64,000 nucleotides of DNA from Camelus dromedarius (taxonomy: Eukaryota), in contig NC_087437.1 in NCBI RefSeq assembly GCF_036321535.1, positions 78,866,001 through 78,930,000 on the forward strand, read 5' to 3'. Both the position numbers and the translations under genes were made by a program. Below the pieces are notes generated by a model. It saw only the letters and a program-made list of their open reading frames with translations. It made no database searches and was not told where the DNA came from. Numbering within the stretch: position 1 is the first letter of the stretch; the number at the start of each line of letters is the position of its first letter. This document shows positions 1 through 13,014 of the stretch, in pieces.

Positions 1-2321
1 AGTCATTGTGGGATCTTGACTTTTGTTGGATATATTTTAGTGTTGAATTTTGAGGGCATATCATAATTGTACTACAGTCAGTATTCTGATATTTCTTGGA
101 AATATGTAAGCATAATGCAGCTGGAATCAACCAACAAACGCTCAGATTTAGGATTCTCCTGAATTCTAACTACTTTTTATATATTTGCAAAATATTTTAC
201 AAATTATAATGTTTCATATAAAATAGTGATCTTTTAGACTGAGCTAAAGATAAAAGTTATACAAACTAATTTTCAGTGTTGCAATACTTTTTTCCCCGCT
301 AGAGTAGAATTAGAAGTTTTCAATTTCTTGTATTCTTATGAAAAATTCTGAAGTATTCAATCCAATCTCTTGTGGATATTGGAATTTTAGTATATAAAGG
401 CACATATTAAAAATGGAAGCTTATGAAGCAATTCAGTTTTACATATAAGTGATCTTACTGTTCTATTCTTAGACTATGCATTAAGTTTGTAATGAATGTC
501 TAATCTTTCACTGGATAAAAAAATGATTTGATTGCTTTTGTTGCTGACTGGGTAGGACTAAATAATCCCCCCCCCTTTTTTTCTTTTTAAAAAAATAATT
601 TAAAATATCCCATATACAACTATTGAAATCATTAAAAAATATAATTCCATGACTCTAGCCAATATATACATATGCTGGATATTTTAAAGACATTATAAGA
701 AATGTTATTGCATAAATTGTAAAGTTAAATTGATTTTAAAGAAGAGGTTAAATAATACAAAAAAAACCCAAATTTGATTTGATTTTTATTTGGCTATATG
801 AAGAAAATTAAAGTTAACTATAAGACAGTATGCAAGTTAGTAAAATGAAGGTAGCAGTGATATTTTAATTGAAAATGAAAGATAATACTTAATTGTCAAA
901 AATCACCCTTTTTGCTGACTCTTTGTTTTCTCTTGTTTATCCAAATGAAATAGTTTTGCCATATCAAGGAAGTAACTGATTATAGAATACCTCTCTTTGA
1001 AACTAGATTGCCAGTACAACAATGCATAACTAAGTAAATTGTTTGGAAGACTCATAATTAGAAAGCCCAGTCTGCTAAAAATCAATGATATTTTGAAAAT
1101 TAAGCCCACCAGATAATAAACTTTGTATTGCTATAGCCTTAAACAATTACTTTCCATCAGTTTATTTAAATTATAATCAGAGGACTATTCATATTATGGA
1201 AATCATTCCACAAATTATATATGGTTTCTTTGGATAGAGAGATATCTTACAGTGCAAAGTCATCCATCTGAAACATTTCATGGGGGCTACATTTTCTATA
1301 AACAGCTATCATAGGGACATAATACCAACCAAAAAATCCTATCCTAGAAAAAGAGAAGAAATGGAAAGCACCATTAAGTATTTATTACAATAAATTTGAC
1401 TTTATTTTCTGCATGTGGAATTACCAACAAAAATGTGTTTCAATTACCAAATTAAAAAAAGGAATATAGTAAAACAAAATTACAAAAGAGAAAAGTAAAA
1501 TTAAGTGTCTTGGAAAAGATTCAATATAGCACATTAGTCAGAACCAGGTGTCATGTTTAAGAAAATGTTGAGAGTCCATTGAAAGAAGAATGGATATCTC
1601 AATCTAATTAGATACTATAAATTAAAAGAAAATGCTATAAATTCTATAAATTAGCCAGCACATGTACTACCTCTACAATGATTATTATAGACAGATAACT
1701 TCCATTTAATGGTTCAACTATTATAATTTGGGAACATTGGAGCTCTTCGTATACTTTCCAGCAGAAATCTCACTTATTTATCCTCTTACCCTTCCCTTCT
1801 CACCTCCTTATCTGATTCCAAATTGTCTCCAGCACCCTATTCCTTCCTTTCATTTTGCACAGTTTTCAAACATGAATACATCGTTTTACTTGTATAAGTA
1901 TGATTGAACTAAGTCATGCATAATGATAATTAAGTGATTAATAATGGTTTAGTAAAATAGACTTTTTTTCTAGATGGGATGTGAAAGAAATAAAAATAAT
2001 TTAATTCAAGTTATCAAGAGCAGGCTGCCCCTAGAACTGTCACCATGAATGAAAACACTGTTTCAAACCTACCCCATTGTTACGTTTAATAATAAAATTC
2101 AAAATGGTGACAACTTCCCTTCCTTTTCTCTTGATCCCTTTTTCACTAGACTTACAAAGCTATAAAGGATACCATATTCATTTTACCTTCATCTGTATTA
2201 GACATTCCTCTTATATACTGAATGCTATTTAGAGTTCTAAACCTTACACAAATACCTAATTTACTTCTAAGAACATAAGGTTTTAGAATAATTTTTCTAT
2301 AGTTCAAAACTTTTCTGAACT

Positions 2322-2411
2322 TGTCTGTCTGTCTATGTATTTATGCATCTATGTATCTATGTATGTATGTATGTATGTATGTATGTATGTATGTATGTAT
2401 GTATCTATCTG

Positions 2412-2459
<48 letters not shown>
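2322..2459. repeat. Compound tetranucleotide microsatellite (TGTC)/(TATG)n/(TATC)n
   Basis: Directly visible TATG run followed by a TATC run. Confidence 0.97.
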
Positions 2460-4821
2460 GTATTTTAGCTTTTGTGAGGAAATATAAATGTTAAATTATG
2501 AATTGCTTTAAAATATAACAGTAATAAATGGGTGAAGGTTTTTTTTTTTAAGAGATTTTGATGAATGATTTAAGAATTCCTCCATTAATGACTAGAATCT
2601 GACTGGGTTAGTGAAGAGTTAGTGAGAAGAACAGGTTAGAGCAGACCTAGTAGAAAAGTCAAAATTATGACAGAATGAAAATTCAGGAGCTAACATGAAG
2701 CTTTTCTAATAGTTAACAAACAAACCTATAGGTTTGCAGAATAATCACCTTTCAATGAAATATTCAGTGGGTGAAAATGATAGCCTGTCACCAACTGGCT
2801 TTATCCAAGCTCTATTTTAAAATTGAGGGCATTTGATTTTTTTTTTTTTTACTTCAATCATCAATTTCTTTACTTCTTGCCCCTAAGATTTCCTGTAGAA
2901 GACTAGACCAAAATTTCCCTTCTAAATAGAATTTTTTATTTAAAAAAAAAACTAATAAAAAGAGGAGAGAGTATATGTATGTTGCCTATGATATTTGCAT
3001 GACCACAGAGAAGTAACAAATTCTATAAGCCTGTTAAGAATACTCCATTTTCAAAATCTAATTTCCGGTAAGGGAAAGAGTGAAGTTTGTCTAAAGTTCA
3101 ACCTCACTGCCACTACTTATTTCACAGATTTGCACAAATTATGATGGAATAAATTGCTGCTAAGGAGGAATTTCTAAGCCAGAGTAATCCTTTTAACAGC
3201 ATTTACTTATTCCTAATACTTCAAGATATCTGCCATTCTGGGTGTGCAGTGAGAAACATACAGGCAAAAAGTCAAAGCTAGTGGTCAGAGACATCAAAGC
3301 CAGAAAAGAAAGATGAATTTTTAAAATCCTTGAATTAAACAGAGAAGTTTGCAACTTAAGTTAGAACTTTAAATTCCTAAGTTATGAAACAGTGAAACAG
3401 CTATAATGAGCATAACTATTCTTCAGTGTGAACTTTCTAAATTAAAGGAATAAATTGAAAATGAAACTTTGTTTCTTTATTCATCCAATAGTACTTAAGG
3501 TAATTTTCACAATTATCAATAACAGATAGAAGCTTTTTCCTTAGTATGTGAAAAATAAATATTCCTCTCAATTAATGTCAATGCAAAGGAAACTGAACAT
3601 AGGATTAGAAACATTTTTTGTTTTGCTTAGTTAACAGTAGATTTTACTTAGGTAATTTGTTTCCATAACAGATCAATTAATTCTTCTTCCTACTTGAAAT
3701 AAAAACCCTTTTACTTGAAAGTAATTCTTATATATAATGTACAATATATATTTTTATTAGGAACTTTGAATTCTTCTTAATTTAGAGAAGGACTTTATAA
3801 CTACTATAGAGAATGGAAAATTAGCTCACTGTTAATAAAATTTGATCTCTTTATTTTTGTTGAGGAGAGGTTATTTTAAGCTTGTAATCCATGGGAGGAA
3901 AAATAAATTATGTGTGAACAAGGTTAATATTGGGAACTGCTTTCAATAACTTCATCTGAAACCTGAAAGACTTAACATGAAACAAATAACAACACATCTA
4001 CCACCAAATATTGATGAGTTCTATTATATGAGTATTGTTTCTTTATAGGCAGTTGAAAATGTTGATGTATACTGACTTATGGATATAAAAATTTGAGCTC
4101 TTATTTAATAGCCACCTGCCAGTAGTTCAATCCATTTCACATACATGTACAATTTGTGATTCTCTCCTAAAACATGAAAGCTCTCTTTTTAAAACTTTTT
4201 CCAAATATTTAATATTCTCTCTGAAATTATATCGTGATATTTCTGTTCCCTGATTTTTTATTCTTGATCAGTGGCAGATAGAAAAATATTTAGTATTTAT
4301 TTGATTCTACTAATAATAAAGTCCATAACTACTCATGGCCTCTGTAAAGACTTCTCATTAACAACTGCTGAGAAACAGATGAATCAGTGCATGCTTGTAT
4401 CCACCAAAAAGAAGTTGATAGATGAAATAAACTTGTGGATGCAGAACTAGAGTGAAATGCTGCAAACATATTAGCTGAGTTGATTTGGGGGAAAATTAAA
4501 ATTGAATAGTCATTTATGCCTATTGAACTAAGCTTATCTAAGTCTCCTTGTAACCATATCCATTATAAATAAAACTTTAAATTTATATTTCATATATATT
4601 TACTCATAGCATTTGCCTTATTTCACCTTTCATAGCATTGCATTAAAGTTTCTTAAATATTTGCAAGTTGTATTTATTTTAAAAATATTAAGCATAACCA
4701 GACTGCTTTGGAATTAGACTTATTTGTGGGAAAGTAGAACCACTTGTTGCTTTGATTTTGTTTGTGCTGAGGTTGCTGGTTTTCATATATATACTCTGTT
4801 TACTTTTAACTTGTGTATAGA

Positions 4822-6545
4822 ATTCTAGGCTATCCTTTTTTCCAGTACTTGAATGGTAGTACTCTGTTGTCCTTTTGCTTCCATGGTTTCTGACAAGAAA
4901 TCTGCTCTAATTTTTACCTATATTTCTCAGTATGTTTTGTGTCTTTTTTCTCCATTATCTTTCAAGATTTTCTCTTTAACATTGGTCTCTAGCAGGTTCA
5001 ATATAGATCTCTGTGAGTTGTTGTTTATTTGTATTTAACTTTCATTTGAGTTCTGAGCATCTTAGATCTGTGGCTTAATGCATTTCATTATTTTTTTTAA
5101 GAAAACTCTTAACTGATATCTCTTCAAATATGTATTCATCCCTGTTATCTCTCTCTTCTCAGTCTAAGATTCCTATTAAATGTGTGTTACTCTTTGATAT
5201 TTTCCCAAAGATCTTGATGCTATTATCTTCCTTGATTTTTACTTTCACATTTCTTCTACTTTGTGTTCTATTCAAGTTTCTATTTACTTATCTTCAAGTT
5301 CTCTTAATGTTGAATGTCAAGTCTGCTGACAATGCCATTGAAGAAATTCTACATCTGTGTTACCACTACTTTTAAAAACTTTCTAGCATGCTATTTTGAT
5401 TGCTATTTATAGTTTCCACTTCTTTGATGACGTTCCCCATCTGTTTTTGCATGTTGTCCACCCTTTCCACTCTAGCCCTTGAGATATTAGTCATGTATTT
5501 TTAAATTTCCTATCTGGGAGTTACAATATCTAGGTCATATCTGAGCTTGCTTCTGTTGATTGCTTTATCTATTTTGTTTTGTATGCTGTATCTTACTTCC
5601 TTTGTTGCATAATTTTTGGATAAAAGCTCTAGATCACCTGTAGATTAAGAGGCAAAGCTAATGTTTATGCCTCAAAATGGGCATTTCATCCCAGCTTTAT
5701 TAAGTTATGATTGACAAATAAACATTATATGCTAGAGGGGTACAGCATCATGTTTTGATATATGTGTACATTGTGAAGCGATTTCCCCAATCAAGCTAAT
5801 TAAGCTATCCATCACCTCACATATTTACCTTCTGTGTATACATGTGGTGAGAACACTTAAGATCTACTCTCGCAGCAAACTTCAAGTATATAATACATTA
5901 TTATTAACTATAGTCACTACACTGTATATTAAGTCACCAGAACTTATTATGAGCTTGTTTCCTTTGCTAGAACTTTAATGTAAATTTTTTTTTGGTCAAT
6001 ATAGTCATGAATCAAGCTATGTTTGTGTTTTATTGTTGCTATTATTAGAATCACTACCCTGCTGGCTTCAAATTGCTCAGGTGTTGCCCGTCTTTATTTG
6101 GGGGGACTGGATGGATGGAGATGTTTGCTCACTGTTTCTGTTCTCTCAGATGTGGGTTATTCTGGTGATTTCTGGACTCAAAGAGAATCTCTCTCTGGGC
6201 ACTTGCTCCTGCCTTGAGGAATAAACTGCTGTTATTTTTTGCTGCTGTTTGTTAGTCTGAGTGTGGATCCAGTGGTGATGTACTCTCTTATCCTTTTTTA
6301 ATTTCAAACTTAGACTGTGTTTCTGTCGCTGGGTCACAGATTTGAGGACAAGTGACTCTGCCCCTCCTCCATACATGCAGGGTCTCTAATTGTCTGGGAT
6401 TAGGATGGTTTCTACCCATCTCTTATTGTTAACAACTATTTTTTTCTCTTTTTAATCCAACCAGTATTTGATATTTTTCCAGTTTAAATGTTTTTTTTAA
6501 CCATGGGAGAGCTAGTCCAATATAATTTTCCTTCCATAACCAGAA
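4822..6545 (-). mobile_element. Ancient LINE-1 (L1M-type) 5' region/ORF1 remnant, interrupted by a younger L1MA 3' end
   Basis: Antisense ORF1-type motifs such as gcttccatggtttctgacaagaaatctgct, ttcaagattttctcttt and atctcttcaaatat; T-rich on the + strand; boundaries approximate. Confidence 0.7.
5690..5949 (-). mobile_element. L1MA9/L1MA10-like 3' end nested in the older L1
   Basis: cagctttattaag...tgacaaat...ccaatcaagctaattaa...ccatcacctcacata...gtgagaacacttaagatctactctc matches the recalled L1MA9/10 3' UTR in antisense. Confidence 0.85.
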
Positions 6546-6635
6546 TTTAAAGTTTGAAATAACTGTCCACAGGCCAAGTGAGTTATATAACATGTGGTCA
6601 TATGGATATATTAACTTCCTAGAACAGACCTACAG

Positions 6636-6673
6636 GTGTGTGTGTGTGTATGTGTATGTGTGTATGTGTGTGT
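6636..6673. repeat. (TG)n microsatellite with TA interruptions
   Basis: Directly visible. Confidence 0.9.
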
Positions 6674-7094
6674 AGATCCAAAATACTCACTGCACAGAAG
6701 TCACATAGCTAAGATACAGAAAAAGTTAAAACTATGGAAAGAATGCCAAAGTTGTAAAGTTTATTGAACGTGAATATTTGCAGTCTATTTTAGGAGTTTG
6801 GTCTGCTTTCTAATCCAGAACTTGAGGAAAAGAATTGTCTTTTTGAATCTTTATTATATTCAAGGTGCCACAAGAAGTGATTTACATATTCACGTACTGT
6901 TCCAAAAAAAGCATTTTGCACTTACCCTAAACCATCTAATAGCATAGTAGTTTTAGACCTTGGGCATATGAATCTGCACTAATGTCTGAAGTGTCTGTTC
7001 CCTGAGACCAGTGTACTGCTAACTAGCTGTCCATTATCACAGATGTCATTGCAATACATTTTTTTACATTTTGGTGTCCTGTTAACTTTTACTC

Positions 7095-7345
7095 TTGGTT
7101 GTTTTCTTTATAAGGGTGAATAACTTTGCTCTTTCAATCCATCCTAGAAGTTTATGTTTTCTAGGCATTTGATCTGTCTTGTGGAGTTTAGAACTATATT
7201 TAAAATAGTTTCTCATTCAGATGTTGCACTGAAAAATGGATGTGTTCTTTATTTAGATAGAAAGAGTAGGGTGGAGAACAAACAGGGTGCAGCATTTGTC
7301 CCTCTTAGTCAAGGTGAGATTAATGTATTCCAGATCTAGATCTGT
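7095..7345 (-). mobile_element. Possible very decayed CR1/L3 LINE fragment
   Basis: Weak colinear resemblance to the antisense L3 3' ORF region (agggtgaataactttgctctttcaatccatcc...tgttttctaggc). Confidence 0.35.
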
Positions 7346-9271
7346 TTTATAATATTTAATCTACACTTTGTTTCCAATGGTAAAACTCAGATTGATTTTG
7401 GATATTTTATAGATATTTGAAGTCTCTTTATGTTTAGCTATTAATTTATCTAATTCAGTATTATGCTTAATTTGTTTGGTTTTCCATTATTTAGAACTGA
7501 TAAATTTTATGAGTTATAGGGGAAAAAACAACTGAATGGAACCTCTAAAAATAGATCTGTATTTAAATTTTTTAAATCAGGATTTACTCCATATATGCTT
7601 TGCTGAAAATGTAGAACCACTTTGAAATTCTTCAAAATTATAGCTTCATACATCCTTCTAAATTGTAAGTAAAAAAGTTACCTTGTGAAGTAGAGGTATT
7701 TACTTTTAATATTTTTAAGTAACGTATGTTGACAAAATGATTTAGGGGTGCTACCTTAATTGGAAAGGTTACTGTGATTCTCTTTGATTGATTTAAATTA
7801 TAGAGATGCATAGCATTGAACAGATGATCCAGGAGTATATTGTTATTTTTAAGTGATACTCCAATTTATGTTATACCTCATGGAAATGTACTTGTTGTTT
7901 TTTTTAAACCATTTCTTTGAAGCAAAAAATAAAATATCATGTTAACTTTCAGCTGATCCATATACGTAGAATTTCTTCACATTTTATACTTTAGTTTTTA
8001 CATGACATATTTCACACAAGTACTTCACAATAGGGTAAATAACACCTAAGTTGAGTATGTTGGTTAAAATTTCCATAATGTAAGAATTAGTAGGGAAGGA
8101 ATCAAATGATCTAGTAGAGAATTACAATAGAATCATGAAGCTCTGGATGTACATTTACTAATCATTAATAAATAAAATGAAGATTGACCCAATTATGTTT
8201 TCAGAATCAATTGAGAATAAAAAGTAAACCTGAGTATTCTCTAAATGATAAATTATAGGTATGTTAACCACCTTGAATGTGAGGAATACAGAGATAAATT
8301 TAATCCAAAAGGTCTAAAGTTGATGCTTTTGCTTTGAGGATGAAAAAGGGCATTTTTTTTCTTGATTTATTCTGGAAGGATATTTTAATATCCTAGTGTG
8401 TTCTTAAACATAGGCTACTCCATATTTATTATATTCAGTTTGGAGGAATTGGGGCATGGAAATAAAATATATTCAAATAGGAGAAGCAAGATCTAAGACA
8501 AAAAGATAGTGAAGATAAAGATGTCAGAAACATACCATTCAGTCAAGTTTGTCTAGATTTTTTTTTACAACAGTTGCATTCTGTATATGATTTCTGTATA
8601 TACATAATGGGACCATTGTATAAGTTTCCCAAATAAAATTCCTTTGTGGTAATTAGAAGTTAATTTATTCATCATTCATTCATTCATTTCAGAAACACTT
8701 ATAATAACACTTATTTGCTTGTTTCAAAACAAATGAAACAGTGATGAGATCTGTTTTTCTCCTCACATTCTCATAAACATCTTCCATATTATCCTTATCC
8801 TCCAAACTCCCACAATGCATGTAATAACTAAAATTAGCAAATATATCTCCAGGTAAGAGAATATACAAAACAAAAATATTATATCCATTCCATCCTGCCA
8901 CACTTGCCACACTGAGTATGGTATGCTAGAGAGCAGTGTAGCAAGTCAGAAAGAGGACATGAAGAAAAATAATTTTCAAAGAGCAGAATACTTGATGTGC
9001 ACAGTGGGAGTATGCATTTTGCATACTAGATTGATTTTTGGAGGAAGGTATTATCTTTCTTGGTTTATGGAAATAATTTTGAAAATATAGGGCTGGAAAA
9101 ATTTTCCACCTCTTTATTTCTGATTGATGGAGGTCTTCTGAATACTCTGTGGAAACAGGTTGAGGAAACCTGGGCGAGAAAGGGCAGACACTTTCTCTTC
9201 TCTCGGTTCTCCATGGCTCTCAGGTGGGTCCATTACACATTCTGAATTTCAAAGCTTAATGAGAAGGTTAA

Positions 9272-9722
9272 TATGTTAGTCAGAATAATGGCCCCACAAA
9301 GATGTCCATCCTAATTCCCAGAAACTATTAATACCTAACCTTCCATAGCAAGGGAGACTTTGCAGATATGATTAAGTTAAAGATCTTGAGTAAGGGGAGT
9401 ATCCTTAGTTATCCACATGGACCCGGTGTAACCTCGAAGGCCAGAAAAGAGGGGTGGAGAAGGATCAGAGTCAGAGAATGAGCTAAGACAGTCTAAGCAA
9501 AGGTCAGGGTTATGCATGGCTGTGAGTCAAGGAATGTACGCAGCCTCCAAAACTGGCAAAGTCCAGGGGAGTGGATTCTCTCCTGGAGGTTCTAGAATGG
9601 ATGCAAATCTGTTGACCCATTCTAGACTTCTCATGCCCAGAATTGTAAGAGAATACAGTTGTGTTCTTATAAGCCAGTAATTTGTGGTAATTTTTTTACA
9701 GCAGCGATTGGAAACTAATACA
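9272..9722 (+). mobile_element. MaLR solo LTR, MLT1D-like
   Basis: Starts tatgttagtcagaataatggcccc, contains gactttgcagatatgattaagttaaagatcttgag, ends ggaaactaataca; 5-bp TSD gttaa/gttga. Confidence 0.9.
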
Positions 9723-10175
9723 GTTGACTTAGAAACAATAATGGTTATACAGTGTGATAAATGTTATAATATGGGGAATGGATAATGAATTGGTGGCATA
9801 AAGAAAAAATAAGGAAAGCTTCACAGAAAGGATGATCTTTGGGCTAAATACTAAAATATGAGTAGAATTTAACTAAGGAAATAGAGAGGATGGACATTTT
9901 AGGCCTCATTTAATAGGAAAGAAACTAATTTCAGAAGAGAATTGACAAGCTGAGATAAAAGGGAAGGGATATGGGATCTGTTGGAAACTTTAAGCATATG
10001 TCTAGAATAAGAGTAAAAAATCTCAAGGGTTATTGGATTATAGTTAGAAAGTCGTTTAAAATTTCTGTCTCTCGGCCTGTTTGGAGCTGTACAGGAATTA
10101 AATCTTCTAGGTTGTTTCACACTTTGTTATAATGGACAATGCCTCCCAGAAAAGCAACTATTAAAAAACAGTTCT

Positions 10176-10176
<1 letters not shown>

Positions 10177-10211
<35 letters not shown>

Positions 10212-10341
10212 TTATTTTTTTAATTTTGGGGGAGACGAGGTAATTAGGTTTTTATTTTTATTCTTTTTTTAGTGCTGGAGATTGAACCTAGGACCTTGTG
10301 CATACAAGGCAGGCAGTCTACCGCTAGGCTGTACCCTCCCC
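10177..10341 (-). mobile_element. Camelid tRNA-derived SINE (Vic-1-like) with a (CAA)n-expanded tail
   Basis: Reverse complement starts ggggagggtacagcctagcggtagac...ggtcctaggttcaatctccagcac (A/B boxes), then cctaattacctc; TSD aaaa(c/t)agttctt at 10165-10176 and 10344-10355. Confidence 0.92.
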
Positions 10342-10679
10342 ACAAAATAGTTCTTAATTTCTCTAGAAATGGAACTGTATAGACCAAGTAGGAGCAGTGG
10401 GTTAAAATACATTGCAAGCATTTTAATATCAGGTCAGAGAGTTTAAGAACTTCTACATATTGCAAAGTTTCCTTGAGTTAATTAAAGGAAAATAACAATA
10501 TAGATGTTTCCTTCAAAAAGAAATTTTTGGAGACCTAGTGAGTAATACTTTAAAAACTGATCTCAAGTGTATTATTGACTGGGACAGAAATACTGATAAT
10601 AAAAAAAAATAACAAATTTGGAATGATTTTTATATTTTTATTGCATAAAAAGTAAGTTAAAACAAGTTTTAATATACAT

Positions 10680-10840
10680 CTATTTCCTTGATTCTAAGGC
10701 ACGTGTTTTTCATCACTGAAACTGGGATATATCTTCCAATAAATGTGTGGCAATTATAATTAGCAATGTTTTTCAAAAATTTGTAGTGGTATACAAATAT
10801 AATAAGATATCATCAGTGATGCCTTAGATTCAACAAATAG
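10680..10840. mobile_element. Non-autonomous TcMar-Tc2 DNA transposon (MER104/Kanga-like)
   Basis: Imperfect ~20-bp terminal inverted repeats ctatttccttgattctaaggc ... gccttagattcaacaaatag; internal ctgaaactgggat. Confidence 0.75.
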
Positions 10841-10879
10841 TTTAGTCCATTACGTCTTGATTTGATAATAAAGAAATAT

Positions 10880-11700
10880 GATCTTAGTTATAGGTTTTTT
10901 TAGATGCCCTTTATCAAAGCAAGGAGACTTCCTTTTATTTCTAGTTCCTGTTTTTTTGTTTTAATATCAATGAATATTGAATTTTATCACATGATTTTCC
11001 TGCATCTATTGAAATGAGCATACATTTTTGTTACCATAGTAAGTTACTTTGACTTTTGAATGTTCAACAATGCTGCAATCTTGTGATTAAACCCCAACTG
11101 ATCATGATATCTTAGTACTTTGATATATATTTGTGAATTAAATTTGCTAAAATTTTGACAAGATTATTGCATGTACAATGAATAGGGTTACTTGTCAGTA
11201 GTTTTCTTATCTAATGTCTTTGGTTTTTTATGAGAGTAATGCTGGGCTCATAAAATGAAATAGAACCTCTTTCATACTTTTTTAATTTCTGAGGGATTTT
11301 GCATATAATTGGGATTTTTTCTTAAAATTTTAGTAGTTTGCCAAGGAGATCATTTTGACCTAGATTTTTAATTCCGTTTTTTTAATGATGAATTTAATAT
11401 ATTTAATAAACTTAGCATTGCTCAGCTTATCTGTTGCTTCTTGAGTGAATATAGATGATTTGTGTCTCTCAAGGTAGTTGTCTATTTAACTAATTTATCA
11501 AATTAGTTGGCCGTATGTGCTTTAATTTTTTTCTCATATAGGAAATATGCCCTTTTTATTAAATGTATACCTAAGCATTTAATCATTTTTCTTAATTTTG
11601 TAAATTGGCGTTCTCTACCATTTTGTCTCTGTTTATTGTTTTTGCACATGAGAGTTGCTAATTTTGGTTGCTAATTTCACGTTCTGCAACACTATTAGAA
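10880..11700 (-). mobile_element. Ancient LINE-1 ORF2 remnant(s)
   Basis: Antisense ORF2 motifs tagatgccctttatca, ttttcctgcatctattgaaatga, aaaccccaactgatcatgat, gtaatgctgggctcataaaatga. Confidence 0.8.
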
Positions 11701-11929
11701 ACATTCAGTGATTTCTTTTAAAATTCAGCTGTTACATATTTTTTTACTTCTGAAGTTTTCATGTGATTATTTTTATAGGTTTTTACTTCCCATGGATATA
11801 TTTTATATTTGCCTTCATTGTCAACATGAATTATTGTAATCATATAATATGCAAGTACTATATAAATACTACATAATAAAATAGCTGTTTAAAATTCCTA
11901 GTTTAATAGGTTCAGCAGCAGTATTATTT

Positions 11930-12630
11930 CAAGGCTTGCATCCCTTTATTGTCTTTTCACTTTAGGATGGCTCATATTTCTCAGGCTTTTTTGTTTGTTG
12001 AGTAATTTTGGATTACATTCTGGCCATTGTCAATGATGTATTTTCTACTAGATTCTTTTATGTTGATCCATGAATTGTTTATGGTTCACATTAGCAGGCA
12101 GTTAGCTTGGTTGAACTTCAATTGAATATACTCAAGTCTGTAGTGGGCAGCGATTGAGATCACTAAAATTTTTTATGGCACAGGCACCAGATAAGTTTTA
12201 CTTGCACCATATATGTACAGATGCCCCTTATCAGATCAAGGAAGTTCTCTTTTTACTGAGATCTAGGGTCTCTTCTCCTGGCAGTTTCTCTTCTGATGTT
12301 TCTCCCTAAGCAGTAGCCCCAGTTTATTGGTCTACATACCCTAACTCCTTTACCTATAAAGAGGTTGGGATTTACATCAAATTTCTAGCCATTTCTTGCC
12401 TTCTGCTCTAAAGCTCGAAATAGAGCAAACAAAAACAAAAACAGAGAATTTGCTTTGTCTTTGTCTCCTGCTTGATGTTTTGACTTCCTTCAGAAGTCTG
12501 CTTGCTTTTGTTCAGTCTCCAGAGCACTTACAGTTGTGTTTTGCACTTTGTGCAGCGTTTATAGCTGTTATTTTCAGGAGGATCAATTTGTCAGGAACAT
12601 GCTCCTTTATATTAAAATCGGAATTCTAAT
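11930..12630 (-). mobile_element. Ancient L1M/HAL1-type 5' region remnant
   Basis: gtaattttggattacattctggccattgtcaatgat and gcgtttatagctgttattttcaggaggat resemble old L1 5' ends in antisense. Confidence 0.55.
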
Positions 12631-13014
12631 TTAGTAGTTTTTTTGAAATTTGGTTGACTTTCACACCTGGAAAGGCATACTTCTGAGAGGGAGATAAAAC
12701 AAGTGAGAGACTTCTTAGAACTTACATAATTATTCGCAAGAGTTTGTGTTTCCATAAATTTAGATGTTTAGAGTAACTTAAACCAAATCTCAAGAGGCAG
12801 AGATTCCCAGATGACATCTGTGTTTATTGTTACAGTATAAAATATTTTAAACTTTCTCTACTGTAGGCAATATTGTCATCATATTATAGATAAAAAATGC
12901 TTAGAAAAGTAGTTGACAAACTCAAATTTCCGTAAATAAAATGAATTAGATCCAAGATCCTTACTCTAGTCTGTATGACCATAACTTTTCTGGAATACAA
13001 AAGTGAAATTGTAA

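Noticed and set aside
10270..10341. tRNA gene on the minus strand
   Set aside because: Same SINE family, with tail and TSD.
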